From assembly GCA_043805415.1 (NCBI GenBank), contig JAZDHZ010000021.1, forward strand, positions 8,127 through 72,126: a stretch of DNA of 64,000 nucleotides, given 5' to 3'. The notes below the pieces were generated by a model. That model made no database searches. It was not told where the DNA came from and saw only the letters and a program-made list of their open reading frames with translations. Position 1 is the stretch's first letter. The number at the start of each line of letters is the position of its first letter. A program made the position numbers and the translations under genes. The stretch comes from Candidatus Omnitrophota bacterium. GTDB lineage: Bacteria > Omnitrophota > Gorgyraeia > B26-G9. Positions 8,546-18,418 of the stretch are shown in pieces.

Positions 8546-10774
8546 ATGACTGCTATTGATATTATCGGAGCTGGAAAATTAATTATGGATAGAAAAATTG
8601 ATGCCCGGGTAATACGCCTGCTTAAAGAAAAAAAGAATTTAGATGAGGAAGATCTCAAAAATTGTTTTATTAAAGCGGAAAAAAAACAAAATTCTCCTAT
8701 TCCTGAAATAGCTGCTAGCACTCAAATCTCAGAAGTTGAATTGCTGGAAATAATTGCTGAGGATTTCCGCACCGAATATGTGGATTTACGCAATAGTTTA
8801 ATCGAGAAATCCTTGATCAAAAAAGTGCCGGTTAAAATCGCTGCCTATTATAAATTTGCTCCTTTAAGTATTGAAAATAGACTTTTGACAATTGCCCGGG
8901 CTTATCCGCTTGATATTAAAATACTTGATGAGATAAGAACGCATCTTGGTTATAGCGTAAAAGTAGTTTTAAGCACTGAGCAGGATGTTAATGAAATGCT
9001 TAAAAAATACTATGGTTTGGGAGCTTCGACTGTAGAAAAGATTATTGCCCAAAAGGCTTATGAGCATGTTACCAGCAAAAAAACCGATGATTTAGTTGAT
9101 GATCTTGAAGAAATCGGGGAGTCAACCTCTGTTATCCAGCTTGTTAACCAGATAATCCTTGAAGCTTACACAAAACGGGCAACAGATATTCATATCGAGC
9201 CGTATCGGAATAAACTGCGGCTGCGTTATCGGATTGATGGGATTCTTTATGATGCCAATGTATCTCCAGAGATAAATAATTTCCTTATTCCGATATTATC
9301 CCGGATCAAGCTCATGTCTAATTTGAATATTGTGGAAAAGCGTGTTCCCCAGGATGGCAGAGCGATTGTTCAAGTTCAAGGACAGACTGTTGATCTGCGC
9401 GTATCTTTTATTCCGACTCCTCATGGAGAGAGTGTGGTAATTAGAATATTGCCGACAGTTATGTTATTTGGCTTGGATAGATTAGGCTTAACCCCGGAAG
9501 AACTTGATTTTTTTAAAGAATTAATCAATAAGCCGCATGGAATTATTTTTGTTACCGGCCCTACGGGTAGTGGAAAAACAACAACGCTTTACGCGTGCTT
9601 ATCAAATATAAATACTAATGAGCGTAAAATAATAACCATTGAAGACCCGATTGAGTATGAGCTGGAAGGCATAACCCAAATCCAAATAACTCCGGAAGTG
9701 GGACTTGATTTTTCTCGGGGCCTTAGGAGCATGCTGCGTCATGATCCGGATGTTATGATGGTCGGAGAAGTAAGAGATTTGGAAACAGCGGAAATCGCGA
9801 TAAGAGTCGCGCTTACCGGTCATCTTGTTTTCTCAACATTACATACTAATGATGCTGCCAGCGGGATAACTCGGTTGATTGATATTGGGCTTGAACCTTA
9901 CCTGGTTGCCTCAAGTGTCGATGCTTTTATTGCCCAGCGTTTGCTCAGACTTAATTGTCCGCATTGTAAGGCTGAAGATACTCAGGTTGTGCCTGGGATA
10001 AAGGAACTGATATTAAGGGAACTTGGCAGAATCAATATTGAGGATATTAAGATCTATCGCAGTAAGGGTTGTCAGGCTTGTAATTTTACGGGTTTTTATG
10101 GAAGAACAGCAATTCATGAGATATTAGTGTTAAATGAGAAATTAAAAGCGCTTACATCGTCTAAAGCTTCAAGTGATGAAATTAAAAAATGCGCTGTATC
10201 AGATGGGATGAAGACATTACGTCAAAGCGGATGGCTAAAAGTGCTTGAAGGTGTGACAACCACTGATGAGGTTCTTAGAGTTACTCAGGCTGACGCGGTG
10301 CCAGATTATATGCGAGTATCCGAAGAGAAGGGATATGATTCAAGAACTGATGAAAAGCCATCTAAAATGCTTAGATTAGAGATTCCGAAACAGCCGGATA
10401 AAGCGGCTAAGCAAACTGATCAGCGGATTCATGAACGGATTGAAGATCAGTTATATGTTCACTATAAAATGTTTAAAACAAAGATAAAAGATTCTGGGGA
10501 AATAGAATACGAGCCAGAGCTTATTGGGGTTACTAAAAATATTAGCGCGGGCGGAGTATTATTAAATTCCGCGGAACAAATTTCTAAAGGAGTAATTCTT
10601 GATGTAAATATGGAAATGCCTCATGACGAAAGAAAAATAGAATGTCTGGCAAGGGTTATCCGCTGTACTGAGATTATTCCGAATAAGAATTATGAAATAG
10701 CGATTTGTTTTCTGGACTTAGCTAGTTCGGAAAGAAGCAGGCTTAATCGCTATATCAATAGAGTGAGCGCGTAA
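8546..10774 (+). CDS. gspE: GspE/PilB secretion ATPase with C-terminal PilZ domain (start may be 8585)
   Basis: [37 protein letters not shown], CxxC..CxxC. C-terminal QRIHER and NISAGG PilZ motifs. Confidence 0.93.
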   Translation: MTAIDIIGAGKLIMDRKIDARVIRLLKEKKNLDEEDLKNCFIKAEKKQNSPIPEIAASTQISEVELLEIIAEDFRTEYVDLRNSLIEKSLIKKVPVKIAAYYKFAPLSIENRLLTIARAYPLDIKILDEIRTHLGYSVKVVLSTEQDVNEMLKKYYGLGASTVEKIIAQKAYEHVTSKKTDDLVDDLEEIGESTSVIQLVNQIILEAYTKRATDIHIEPYRNKLRLRYRIDGILYDANVSPEINNFLIPILSRIKLMSNLNIVEKRVPQDGRAIVQVQGQTVDLRVSFIPTPHGESVVIRILPTVMLFGLDRLGLTPEELDFFKELINKPHGIIFVTGPTGSGKTTTLYACLSNINTNERKIITIEDPIEYELEGITQIQITPEVGLDFSRGLRSMLRHDPDVMMVGEVRDLETAEIAIRVALTGHLVFSTLHTNDAASGITRLIDIGLEPYLVASSVDAFIAQRLLRLNCPHCKAEDTQVVPGIKELILRELGRINIEDIKIYRSKGCQACNFTGFYGRTAIHEILVLNEKLKALTSSKASSDEIKKCAVSDGMKTLRQSGWLKVLEGVTTTDEVLRVTQADAVPDYMRVSEEKGYDSRTDEKPSKMLRLEIPKQPDKAAKQTDQRIHERIEDQLYVHYKMFKTKIKDSGEIEYEPELIGVTKNISAGGVLLNSAEQISKGVILDVNMEMPHDERKIECLARVIRCTEIIPNKNYEIAICFLDLASSERSRLNRYINRVSA

Positions 10775-10783
10775 CTCAATTTT

Positions 10784-11686
10784 ATGTTAGAAAAGCGTGA
10801 GGCTTATAAATACAGAGCATTAAAACAAGATGGAGAGCTTATAGAAGGCATTGTTTATGCTCTTAATCAGCAAGAGGCTTTTGCTAAAATACTTGAGCAG
10901 GGATATACCCCTGAAATAATTGAAAAAACAGAGTTAGCAGATCAGCGGGCTTATGAACGCAAGCAAATAGAACTCGATTTTTTTTACAGTTTATTTGGCC
11001 AAAGAGCTAAAATAAAGCTGGCAGCAGTCAGCGTAGATAGTCCGGTTTTTAAAGCAAACTTTTTTGGAATTACCCAGAATATTAGTGCCGGAGGGTTGTT
11101 ATTTAATACTCCGCGGCAGTTGAATATCGGAACGATTATTAATGTAACTCTGGAACTGCCGGATGAAGATGCGAAAATTTATGCGCAATGCCGGGTTATC
11201 CGCTGTTATGAAATTGAACAAGATATTAAATATGAAATAGCGGTTTGTTTTTCTGAATTGCCGGAGCAAGGGAAAAAAATACTTAATTCAAAAATAAGAA
11301 AAATCAGCCGGCATTTTGACCGGCGGGCTTACGAACGGTTTAATCAAGAAACAAAATTATACTTTGATTTTCATAAGCTGGAGCAAGTTGAAGAAAAACC
11401 GCAGATTGTGGAAAAAGAAAATAAGTTTGCGGGAAAAACAATTGATCTCAGCGCCGGGGGTATGTTTTTCAGCGGTGCTCTAGAGCTTAAAAAAGATCAG
11501 GTTATTGAACTTGAAATCAGGTTTGAAACGGAAAAAAAAACAATTCAGACTTTGGGCAAGGTGGTGCGTTCCATTGAAGTGCCGAACAGCAATAAAATGT
11601 TATTTCATACTGCTGTTTTTTTTCTTAATATTTCTAATTCCGATAAGAATTGGCTTAATAGGTATGTAATGGATTACAATGGATAG
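10784..11686 (+). CDS. GspF/PilC N-terminal-like domain plus two PilZ domains
   Basis: N-term YKYRALKQDG..IEG.VYA....EA...I...GY.P. QRAYER..NISAGG and RRAYER..DLSAGG. Confidence 0.85.
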   Translation: MLEKREAYKYRALKQDGELIEGIVYALNQQEAFAKILEQGYTPEIIEKTELADQRAYERKQIELDFFYSLFGQRAKIKLAAVSVDSPVFKANFFGITQNISAGGLLFNTPRQLNIGTIINVTLELPDEDAKIYAQCRVIRCYEIEQDIKYEIAVCFSELPEQGKKILNSKIRKISRHFDRRAYERFNQETKLYFDFHKLEQVEEKPQIVEKENKFAGKTIDLSAGGMFFSGALELKKDQVIELEIRFETEKKTIQTLGKVVRSIEVPNSNKMLFHTAVFFLNISNSDKNWLNRYVMDYNG

Positions 11687-11697
11687 GATGTAACTCT

Positions 11698-12186
11698 ATG
11701 GGTGTTTATAAATATAAGGCAACAAAGAGTACTACCGGGGGAACAATTGAATCCATAATCTACGCGGATAGCGCTGAGGAAGCTTTTGAAAAAATAATGG
11801 AAATGGGCTATGCTCCTGAAAAAATAGAGGAAATCAATGCGCCTGATCGTCGGGTAAATGAACGCTTGGAAATAGGACTGAAAATTATTTATAGCCGGTT
11901 TAAGCCTGGCCAGGAGCCGCGGAAAACAAGAGAAGGTTCAACGAGTAATCTCAGCTCAGGAGGGCTGCTTTTTAAAGCTGAACAATCTTATGACAAAGGA
12001 ACAATTTTGGACCTTGAATTGGAATTGCCCGAAGGTATCGAGAATATCAAGTGTTTGGCAAGAGTTATTCGCTGTGATAAAATAGGGCAAGAAGAGCGTC
12101 AGTATAATGTTGCTGCATGTTTTTTAGATCTGCCTAATTCAGAACGTTCAAGAATTAATGATTATATAAACCAACAAAAAAGATAG
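11698..12186 (+). CDS. GspF/PilC N-terminal-like domain plus one PilZ domain
   Basis: YKYKATK...I.A.S.EEA..KI.EMGY.P, then RRVNER and NLSSGG. Confidence 0.85.
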   Translation: MGVYKYKATKSTTGGTIESIIYADSAEEAFEKIMEMGYAPEKIEEINAPDRRVNERLEIGLKIIYSRFKPGQEPRKTREGSTSNLSSGGLLFKAEQSYDKGTILDLELELPEGIENIKCLARVIRCDKIGQEERQYNVAACFLDLPNSERSRINDYINQQKR

Positions 12187-12195
12187 ACAAGAAAA

Positions 12196-13419
12196 ATGAG
12201 CTTATATAAATACAAAGCTAAAAAAGGTCCAAATAAGATTATTAACTCTGTTATTAATGCTGTATCTCGCCAAGAAGCAATTGAGAAGATAAGCGAGATG
12301 GGATATCTTCCGATGTCGATAGAAGAAGTTCGCGAGGGGGAATCAGCCGCTTTTTCCAGCAAAAAGCTAATCCGCGTGAAACTAAGGTCAAAGCAAATAA
12401 CTGTTTTTACCAGACAGCTGGCAATATTGCTGCGTTCCGGGGTGCCGATTCTTAAAGGACTATTAATCTTAGCAGACCAAGCGCTTAATCCTGATTTTAA
12501 AGCGATATTAAACACAATTAATGCTCAGATAAAAGACGGAAATTCTCTATCCGCAGCCTTGGCGGCTTTCCCGAATATTTTTTCAGCGCTTTATGTGTCT
12601 TTGGTTTGCGCTGGCGAAGACAGCGGCACTTTAGAAACTTCTTTGCTGAGGATTGCTGAATACAGACAAAAACAAGAACAAATTTTTATGAATATTAAAA
12701 CCGCGCTTACATACCCGATTTTAATGGCTTTAGTGGGCATGGGAACAATTATATTTATGCTTACTTTTGTTATGCCCAGGCTGTTAGGAATTTTTGCCAG
12801 ACTAGGTCAAGAATTACCGCTGCCCACAAAAATACTTATTAGTATCAGTAACTTTCTAACTCAGGGATGGGTTTGGGTGATTATTGTGTGTATTGGTTTA
12901 AGCTTAGTGCTCTATTTCAAAAACAATACTCCATCAAGGAGAAGAAAATTATTTATTAGCCGGCTAAAATTAAAACTTCCTATTTTCGGAGAGGTTTTTT
13001 TAAAAGCCGAACTGGCCAGATTTAGCCGGACGCTTGAGCTTTTATTAAAGAGCGGAGTTCATGTTCTCGCTGCCTTGCAAAGAAGCATTCCGATAATTGA
13101 AAACGAAATAATGCAGGATGAGTTAAAGAAAGCTTATCTGGCGATTGAACAAGGAGAATCTTTTGGAGCAACGCTTGACCAATCGGCTGTTTTTCCCAAA
13201 TTCATGGTTAACCTTATTAGCGTGGGTGAAGAATCGGGTAATTTAGAAGAAGCGCTTAAGGAATTGGCGCTTACTTATGAAAATGAAACTGATGAAGCCG
13301 TAAAATTCATGACAAACCTTTTAGAGCCGATGATGATTTTAGTTATGGGCATTGTTGTTGGTTTTATAATTATCTCAATGCTCTTACCTGTATTTCAATT
13401 AAATGTAATGGTTAATTAA
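12196..13419 (+). CDS. gspF: Type II secretion/T4P inner membrane platform protein GspF/PilC
   Basis: FTRQLAILLRSGVPI, AGEDSGTL, ALTYP, GEESGNL, LLEP; three TM segments. Confidence 0.95.
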   Translation: MSLYKYKAKKGPNKIINSVINAVSRQEAIEKISEMGYLPMSIEEVREGESAAFSSKKLIRVKLRSKQITVFTRQLAILLRSGVPILKGLLILADQALNPDFKAILNTINAQIKDGNSLSAALAAFPNIFSALYVSLVCAGEDSGTLETSLLRIAEYRQKQEQIFMNIKTALTYPILMALVGMGTIIFMLTFVMPRLLGIFARLGQELPLPTKILISISNFLTQGWVWVIIVCIGLSLVLYFKNNTPSRRRKLFISRLKLKLPIFGEVFLKAELARFSRTLELLLKSGVHVLAALQRSIPIIENEIMQDELKKAYLAIEQGESFGATLDQSAVFPKFMVNLISVGEESGNLEEALKELALTYENETDEAVKFMTNLLEPMMILVMGIVVGFIIISMLLPVFQLNVMVN

Positions 13420-13420
13420 A

Positions 13421-14284
13421 TTGAAAATTAAAAAAATAGTAATGTTTATTTCTTTTTTTGGGCTGATAGCTGTTTCCGCTTTGACTTTTGCCAAACAAGA
13501 TTGGGCGCAAGTAAGTTCAGATCATTTTGTGGTTTATTATAATGAGATATATGAAAATTTCGCCAGCGATGTATCAAGAAAAGCAGAAGAATATTATAAC
13601 TCTATAGCGGATGATTTAGGCTATGTTCGCTATTCTAATTTCTGGAAATGGGATAAAAGAGTAAAAATATATATATATCCAGATCATATTTCTTATCTTA
13701 GCGCAACCGATCAGCAGAGTTGGTCGCATGGGATTGCTGATTATTACAAGAAGGAAATAATTAGTTATGCTTGGGGTAAAGATTTCTTAAAATCTCTTTT
13801 ACCGCATGAAATGGCGCATCTAATATTCAGGGATTTTGTGGGATTTAAATCCGAGATCCCTTTATGGCTTGATGAAGGGGTTGCTCAATGGGAAGAAACG
13901 GATTTAAAAGCGCAAAGACTTTCGATGATAAAACAGCAAGCCAGACAAAATATTCTTTTACCGATAGAGACAATGATCGACCTGGACATAAGAACAATAA
14001 AAACTGATCAGAAGATAAGCATTAAAGCCATGGCTATTGATGATGCTCAGACTCCATTGCTTGAAATGGATGGCAATGCTCTGGTCAATATTTACTATCT
14101 GCAATCTTTTTCTCTGGTTGGATTTTTGATGGAAAGATATGGATCGGATAGCTTTGTTGTTTTTAGCCGCCAGTTGCGTGATGGTAAGCCGATCAGTGAT
14201 GCTCTGAAATTTGCTTATCCGCAGCAATTGCGGAGTATTGAGGAGCTGGAAAAACAATGGAAACAATATTTATTAAGTAATTGA
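13421..14284 (+). CDS. Exported gluzincin (peptidase MA-like) zinc metalloprotease
   Basis: Signal peptide, HEMAH, and WLDEGVAQW supplying the third ligand. TTG start. Confidence 0.8.
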   Translation: MKIKKIVMFISFFGLIAVSALTFAKQDWAQVSSDHFVVYYNEIYENFASDVSRKAEEYYNSIADDLGYVRYSNFWKWDKRVKIYIYPDHISYLSATDQQSWSHGIADYYKKEIISYAWGKDFLKSLLPHEMAHLIFRDFVGFKSEIPLWLDEGVAQWEETDLKAQRLSMIKQQARQNILLPIETMIDLDIRTIKTDQKISIKAMAIDDAQTPLLEMDGNALVNIYYLQSFSLVGFLMERYGSDSFVVFSRQLRDGKPISDALKFAYPQQLRSIEELEKQWKQYLLSN

Positions 14285-14312
14285 ATAATTTAATATAAAT
14301 GGGGGATATTAT

Positions 14313-14717
14313 ATGAAAAAAAAACAAGGTTTTACACTAATAGAATTAATGCTGGTTGTAATTATAATAAGCGCATTGGCCGCTATGGTGCTGCCGCGGC
14401 TTGCTGGTCGTTCTGAACAAGCAAGAACTGCTGCCGCCAATGCTGATATTAACGCGAATATCGCGACAGGTTTAAAACTCTATGAGCTGGATAATGGTCA
14501 GTTTCCTACAACAGCAGAAGGATTACAGGCACTTTTGAGTAAGCCGGCTACTGCCAATAACTGGAATGGGCCTTATATTGAAAAAGATCCGATTGACCCA
14601 TGGGGAAGAAAATACGAGTACAAATCTCCGGGACAGAATCGGCCGCAAGATTATGATCTTTTTTCTTTAGGTAGAGATGCTCAGCCTAGCGAAGATGATG
14701 TGAATAATTGGAAATAA
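14313..14717 (+). CDS. gspG: Major pseudopilin GspG
   Basis: G|FTLIELMLVV prepilin, FPTTAEGLQAL, WNGPY, DPWG, YDLFSLGRD. Confidence 0.95.
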   Translation: MKKKQGFTLIELMLVVIIISALAAMVLPRLAGRSEQARTAAANADINANIATGLKLYELDNGQFPTTAEGLQALLSKPATANNWNGPYIEKDPIDPWGRKYEYKSPGQNRPQDYDLFSLGRDAQPSEDDVNNWK

Positions 14718-14718
14718 T

Positions 14719-15201
14719 ATGTTATTTATCCCGGATTTTAGGTTTAAAAAATTATTTAGGGTTAAATCAGTAAACATAAACTCTGCCAATAAGAAAGCTT
14801 TTACACTGGTTGAGGTGCTTGTTTCATCAGTTATTCTCTCAGTAGGATTGGTAATAATTTTTGAAGTATTTCTTTCTTCGCTTGATATTGTGAATTTAGT
14901 GAATAATCGGTTAAATGCCCAGTTGTTTATAAATGAAAAAATCTGGCAGTTGCAAAGTAATTTAGACCGGCAAAGCGGTATGTTTATTCCAATGAAACAG
15001 TCTGGTTCGGTTATGCTGGGAAACAAGGAATTTAAATGGCAGTTAGATATGGAATTAGTGGATATTTCTCAGGAGCTGTATAAAGTTAGCGGGCAAATGA
15101 ATTGGTTGTCTGGCAGTAAACAAAAAATGATTAAACGCCAAGTAATGGTAAAAAGTTGTTTTAGTAATGCCAATCCTTGGAAAGATCATAATAGATTATG
15201 A
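14719..15201 (+). CDS. Minor pseudopilin (GspI-like)
   Basis: KKA|FTLVEVLVS prepilin motif; position after gspG. Confidence 0.75.
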   Translation: MLFIPDFRFKKLFRVKSVNINSANKKAFTLVEVLVSSVILSVGLVIIFEVFLSSLDIVNLVNNRLNAQLFINEKIWQLQSNLDRQSGMFIPMKQSGSVMLGNKEFKWQLDMELVDISQELYKVSGQMNWLSGSKQKMIKRQVMVKSCFSNANPWKDHNRL

Positions 15202-15821
15202 AAAAGAAAAGAAAATGTTCAGCTTTGACATTTATAGAAATGCTTTTAGCCACAGCAATGGTAAGTGTTATAGCTGTTGCTTTATATGGGATGATTTCCA
15301 ATGGATTGAAAGTTTGGCAGATTGTTAACCAAGAGTCTCCGCAGATTAATTCCAACATTTTTTTTGAAAAGATAAACATGGAATTGAAAAATGCGATTGG
15401 TTTCGAAGGCATTGATTTTGTCGGTGATGAAAGCAGTTTTTCTTTTGGCTGTGTTGCCAGAACAGCTGAATCTGACAACGGTTTTAATCAGGGGATTGGG
15501 CGGGTAAAATATTTTTATGATCAGGGGTTAAATTCGTTTTATAGGCAATACGCGGATTATGAGCAATTGTTGTCCCTAGAGCAGCCTCAAGCGCGGAGTT
15601 TGCTTGAAAATGTAAATAATGTTTCATTGAGCTATTATTTTTATGATGATCAAAAAGAAACATTTTTATGGAACAATACTTGGCCGCCAGAATCATTAGC
15701 TAAACTAAATAAGCGAGCTTTGCCTTTGGCTGTTCGTGTGGCAATTGTGTTTACAACAGAAGAAACCATCTCAAAAAGAATAAAAACAATGGATATTCCG
15801 ATTGGCGCTATTGAGTATTAA
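15198..15821 (+). CDS. Minor pseudopilin (GspJ-like)
   Basis: A|LTFIEMLLA prepilin-like N-terminus; C-terminal LPLAVRV typical of GspJ. Confidence 0.75.
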   Translation: MKKKRKCSALTFIEMLLATAMVSVIAVALYGMISNGLKVWQIVNQESPQINSNIFFEKINMELKNAIGFEGIDFVGDESSFSFGCVARTAESDNGFNQGIGRVKYFYDQGLNSFYRQYADYEQLLSLEQPQARSLLENVNNVSLSYYFYDDQKETFLWNNTWPPESLAKLNKRALPLAVRVAIVFTTEETISKRIKTMDIPIGAIEY

Positions 15822-15849
15822 AATTTAGCGCGCGATAACAACGAACTTT

Positions 15850-16962
15850 ATGGCAAAAAATAAAATAAAAGTAAGTAAAAAAGGAAGTGTTTTAGTGCTA
15901 GTGTTATGGGCGCTTGGACTTTTGACTGTTTTTGCTGTATACTTAGGAGTCGGGGTAAGAGCGCGGATTGATTTTTTAGATAGAATGGAAACTCGGAGTA
16001 AAACGTACAATATAGCTGAAGCTGGAATAAAGCAAGCTATATCCGAAATCGGCAACTTTGAAAAGAAAAGATCCTATCTTGCGCTTAAGGACAAATGTTT
16101 AAATAATATGAAGAAGTTTTTTCTTGCGAGCCTTGATGCCGGGGAGTTTACAGTCGGGTATGAATATCGGGCAGATGATTTTTCTCTAGGACAAGGCAGT
16201 GAGCAGAAAACAATGTATGGGGCTTGTGATGTTCAAGCAATGCTGAATATAAATACCGCGGACCAAAAAGAACTGATTGCTTTATTTATTGAGACAGCTG
16301 AGATTGAGACTGATAATGCGGATGTGATCGCTTCTTCGATTATTGATTGGCGAGATGAAGATAATAACTCTTTGGCTAAAGGAGCCGAAGATCAATATTA
16401 TCGCGGTTTAAAAAACGCGTATAAATGTAAAAATAGCAGCTTTGTTTCTATTGAAGAGTTGCGTTATGTAAAGGGAATGAATTATAATATCTATAAGGAT
16501 ATTGAGCCATATATAACGGTATTTGGGGCAGGAACAGTTAATATAAATACCGCGTCAAGTAAAGTATTAAAGGCTTTAGGCTTAAGTGAGGCTTTAACTA
16601 AGAAAATAATAAATTACCGTTGTGGTCAAGATGAAATAGAAGCAAATGGTGATGATCAAGTATTTGAAAATTTAAGCTCGGTTGTTGCCAAACTGTCTCA
16701 GGTAGAATCACTTTCTGCCAGTGAAGTTGCTCAGTTAAGTAATTTAGTTGCCGCGGGACGGTTGACCATTTTTTCAAATACGTTTTTAATCCAAAGCCGG
16801 GCAAGCTTAAAAAATAAACAAGATATTTGCCGGATTAAGTGTGTTTTTGAAAAAGATTTGGATGAAAATTCTAGGAAAGCGGGTCTGATTTTAAGTTGGC
16901 GAACGGATTATTTTAAATCAGCACAGATTAATCAGTTAGAAGGGGAGTATGAAGTTTGGTAA
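15850..16962 (+). CDS. gspK: Minor pseudopilin GspK
   Basis: KKGSVLVLVLW, LNINTA, IIDWRDED, SIEELRYVKGM, VNINTAS. Confidence 0.92.
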   Translation: MAKNKIKVSKKGSVLVLVLWALGLLTVFAVYLGVGVRARIDFLDRMETRSKTYNIAEAGIKQAISEIGNFEKKRSYLALKDKCLNNMKKFFLASLDAGEFTVGYEYRADDFSLGQGSEQKTMYGACDVQAMLNINTADQKELIALFIETAEIETDNADVIASSIIDWRDEDNNSLAKGAEDQYYRGLKNAYKCKNSSFVSIEELRYVKGMNYNIYKDIEPYITVFGAGTVNINTASSKVLKALGLSEALTKKIINYRCGQDEIEANGDDQVFENLSSVVAKLSQVESLSASEVAQLSNLVAAGRLTIFSNTFLIQSRASLKNKQDICRIKCVFEKDLDENSRKAGLILSWRTDYFKSAQINQLEGEYEVW

Positions 16963-18388
16963 ACACAAAGATATAATTGGCATAGATTTCTCAGCGGATC
17001 AGCTTACTATTTCTCAGCTGAAAATTTCAAGCAAGGATAGATCGTTTATTAATCTGGCTCAATATCCTATTGCTGGAGCTAACGAAGATGAAATAGCGCA
17101 AATGATTATTAAGGCTTTTAAGGATTTAAATATTAAAAATCCTTATGTTATTAATGTTATTCCCTTGCATTTGACAATAACAAAAAATCTTGAAATCCCA
17201 TCTCTAGACGTAAAAGAAATAAAGGAAATTATTGATCTCCAGTCTGGACGGCAGACGCCTTATGCCCGGGAAGAGATTATAGTCGATTATATAAATATTG
17301 GAACATACCGCCAGAGCTATACAAAAATTCTGCTGGTAATTGTAACCCGCACGGCGATTAAAAAACAATTCGATGTAATGGAAAAAGCGGGTTTGAAAAT
17401 TGAAAAGATAGTTTTTGCTCCAGAAGGAGTAAGCAGGGCATGTTATAGCCAGATTAAAAAAGAAGTAAAAGATTTACCGGTTGTTATGGTTCATATTGAT
17501 TCAGATTTTACGGACTTTATCGTTGCGCTGAAAGGTGTGCCGATTTTTACAAGAAATATTCCAATAGGAGTTAAACATCTCGCTAATGACCAGACTAAAT
17601 CTGAAACTAAGTTTATTGAGGAATTAAAAAACTCGCTAGAGACCTATCAATCTGAAGACATTGATAAATCTCCGCAGTTATTAGTATTAACCGGAGCAAC
17701 CGAAAAGATTGAACAATTAGAAAAACTGCTTATTACCGAACTGCACATACCAATACAAATAATTCCTTATTTTAATGTTATTCCTTTGGCTACTGATTTA
17801 GCAAGCATGCCGACACTTACAAGAAGCGTGTCTTTTTTTAATATCACCGCGGCTTGCTTATTTTCAAAACTGATGAAAGTAAGTCTTATTCCTGAGGAAA
17901 TAAAATTAAAGCGGGCTTTTGAAGAGCGGGCTCAAGAACTAATTAAAATGAGCATCTATATAATATGTTTAATGCTTATTGCCGGAAGTTTTTTTGTAAG
18001 CGAACTTTACTTTAAAGGCCAATATCTTAAAACGCTTAAAAAGAAAAACGCAATCACTAATCAAGAGGCTCAAATTCTGGAAAAAGCTATGGAAAAAATG
18101 CGGATCGTTAAGCATTACCTGGCAAACAGAGGATATGGCTTAGAAGTGGTCGCGGCAATTTATGATATATTGCCAAAAGAGGTTATGCTTACAAATATAA
18201 AAATGGATACAGAGAGAAAACTGCATTTAAAAGGAACCGCGCGGGCGATGTCAAATGTATTTTCATTTGTCAGCGCATTAGAAGCGTCGGATTATTTCAG
18301 CAATGTAAAGACTAATTATACTACTTCCCGTAAAAAGGATGACGAGGATTGGGCGGATTTCGGGATTTCTTGTGTTTTGGAAAAATAG
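16949..18388 (+). CDS. PilM/GspL actin-like domain fused to PilN-like TM and periplasmic domain
   Basis: IIGIDFS, LVLTGA, SLIPEE, TM near aa 335, C-terminal LKGTA..FV..LE.S.YF.NV. Confidence 0.85.
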   Translation: MKFGKHKDIIGIDFSADQLTISQLKISSKDRSFINLAQYPIAGANEDEIAQMIIKAFKDLNIKNPYVINVIPLHLTITKNLEIPSLDVKEIKEIIDLQSGRQTPYAREEIIVDYINIGTYRQSYTKILLVIVTRTAIKKQFDVMEKAGLKIEKIVFAPEGVSRACYSQIKKEVKDLPVVMVHIDSDFTDFIVALKGVPIFTRNIPIGVKHLANDQTKSETKFIEELKNSLETYQSEDIDKSPQLLVLTGATEKIEQLEKLLITELHIPIQIIPYFNVIPLATDLASMPTLTRSVSFFNITAACLFSKLMKVSLIPEEIKLKRAFEERAQELIKMSIYIICLMLIAGSFFVSELYFKGQYLKTLKKKNAITNQEAQILEKAMEKMRIVKHYLANRGYGLEVVAAIYDILPKEVMLTNIKMDTERKLHLKGTARAMSNVFSFVSALEASDYFSNVKTNYTTSRKKDDEDWADFGISCVLEK

Positions 18389-18418
18389 GACTAAAAATAA
18401 TATATTCAGGGACTAAAT

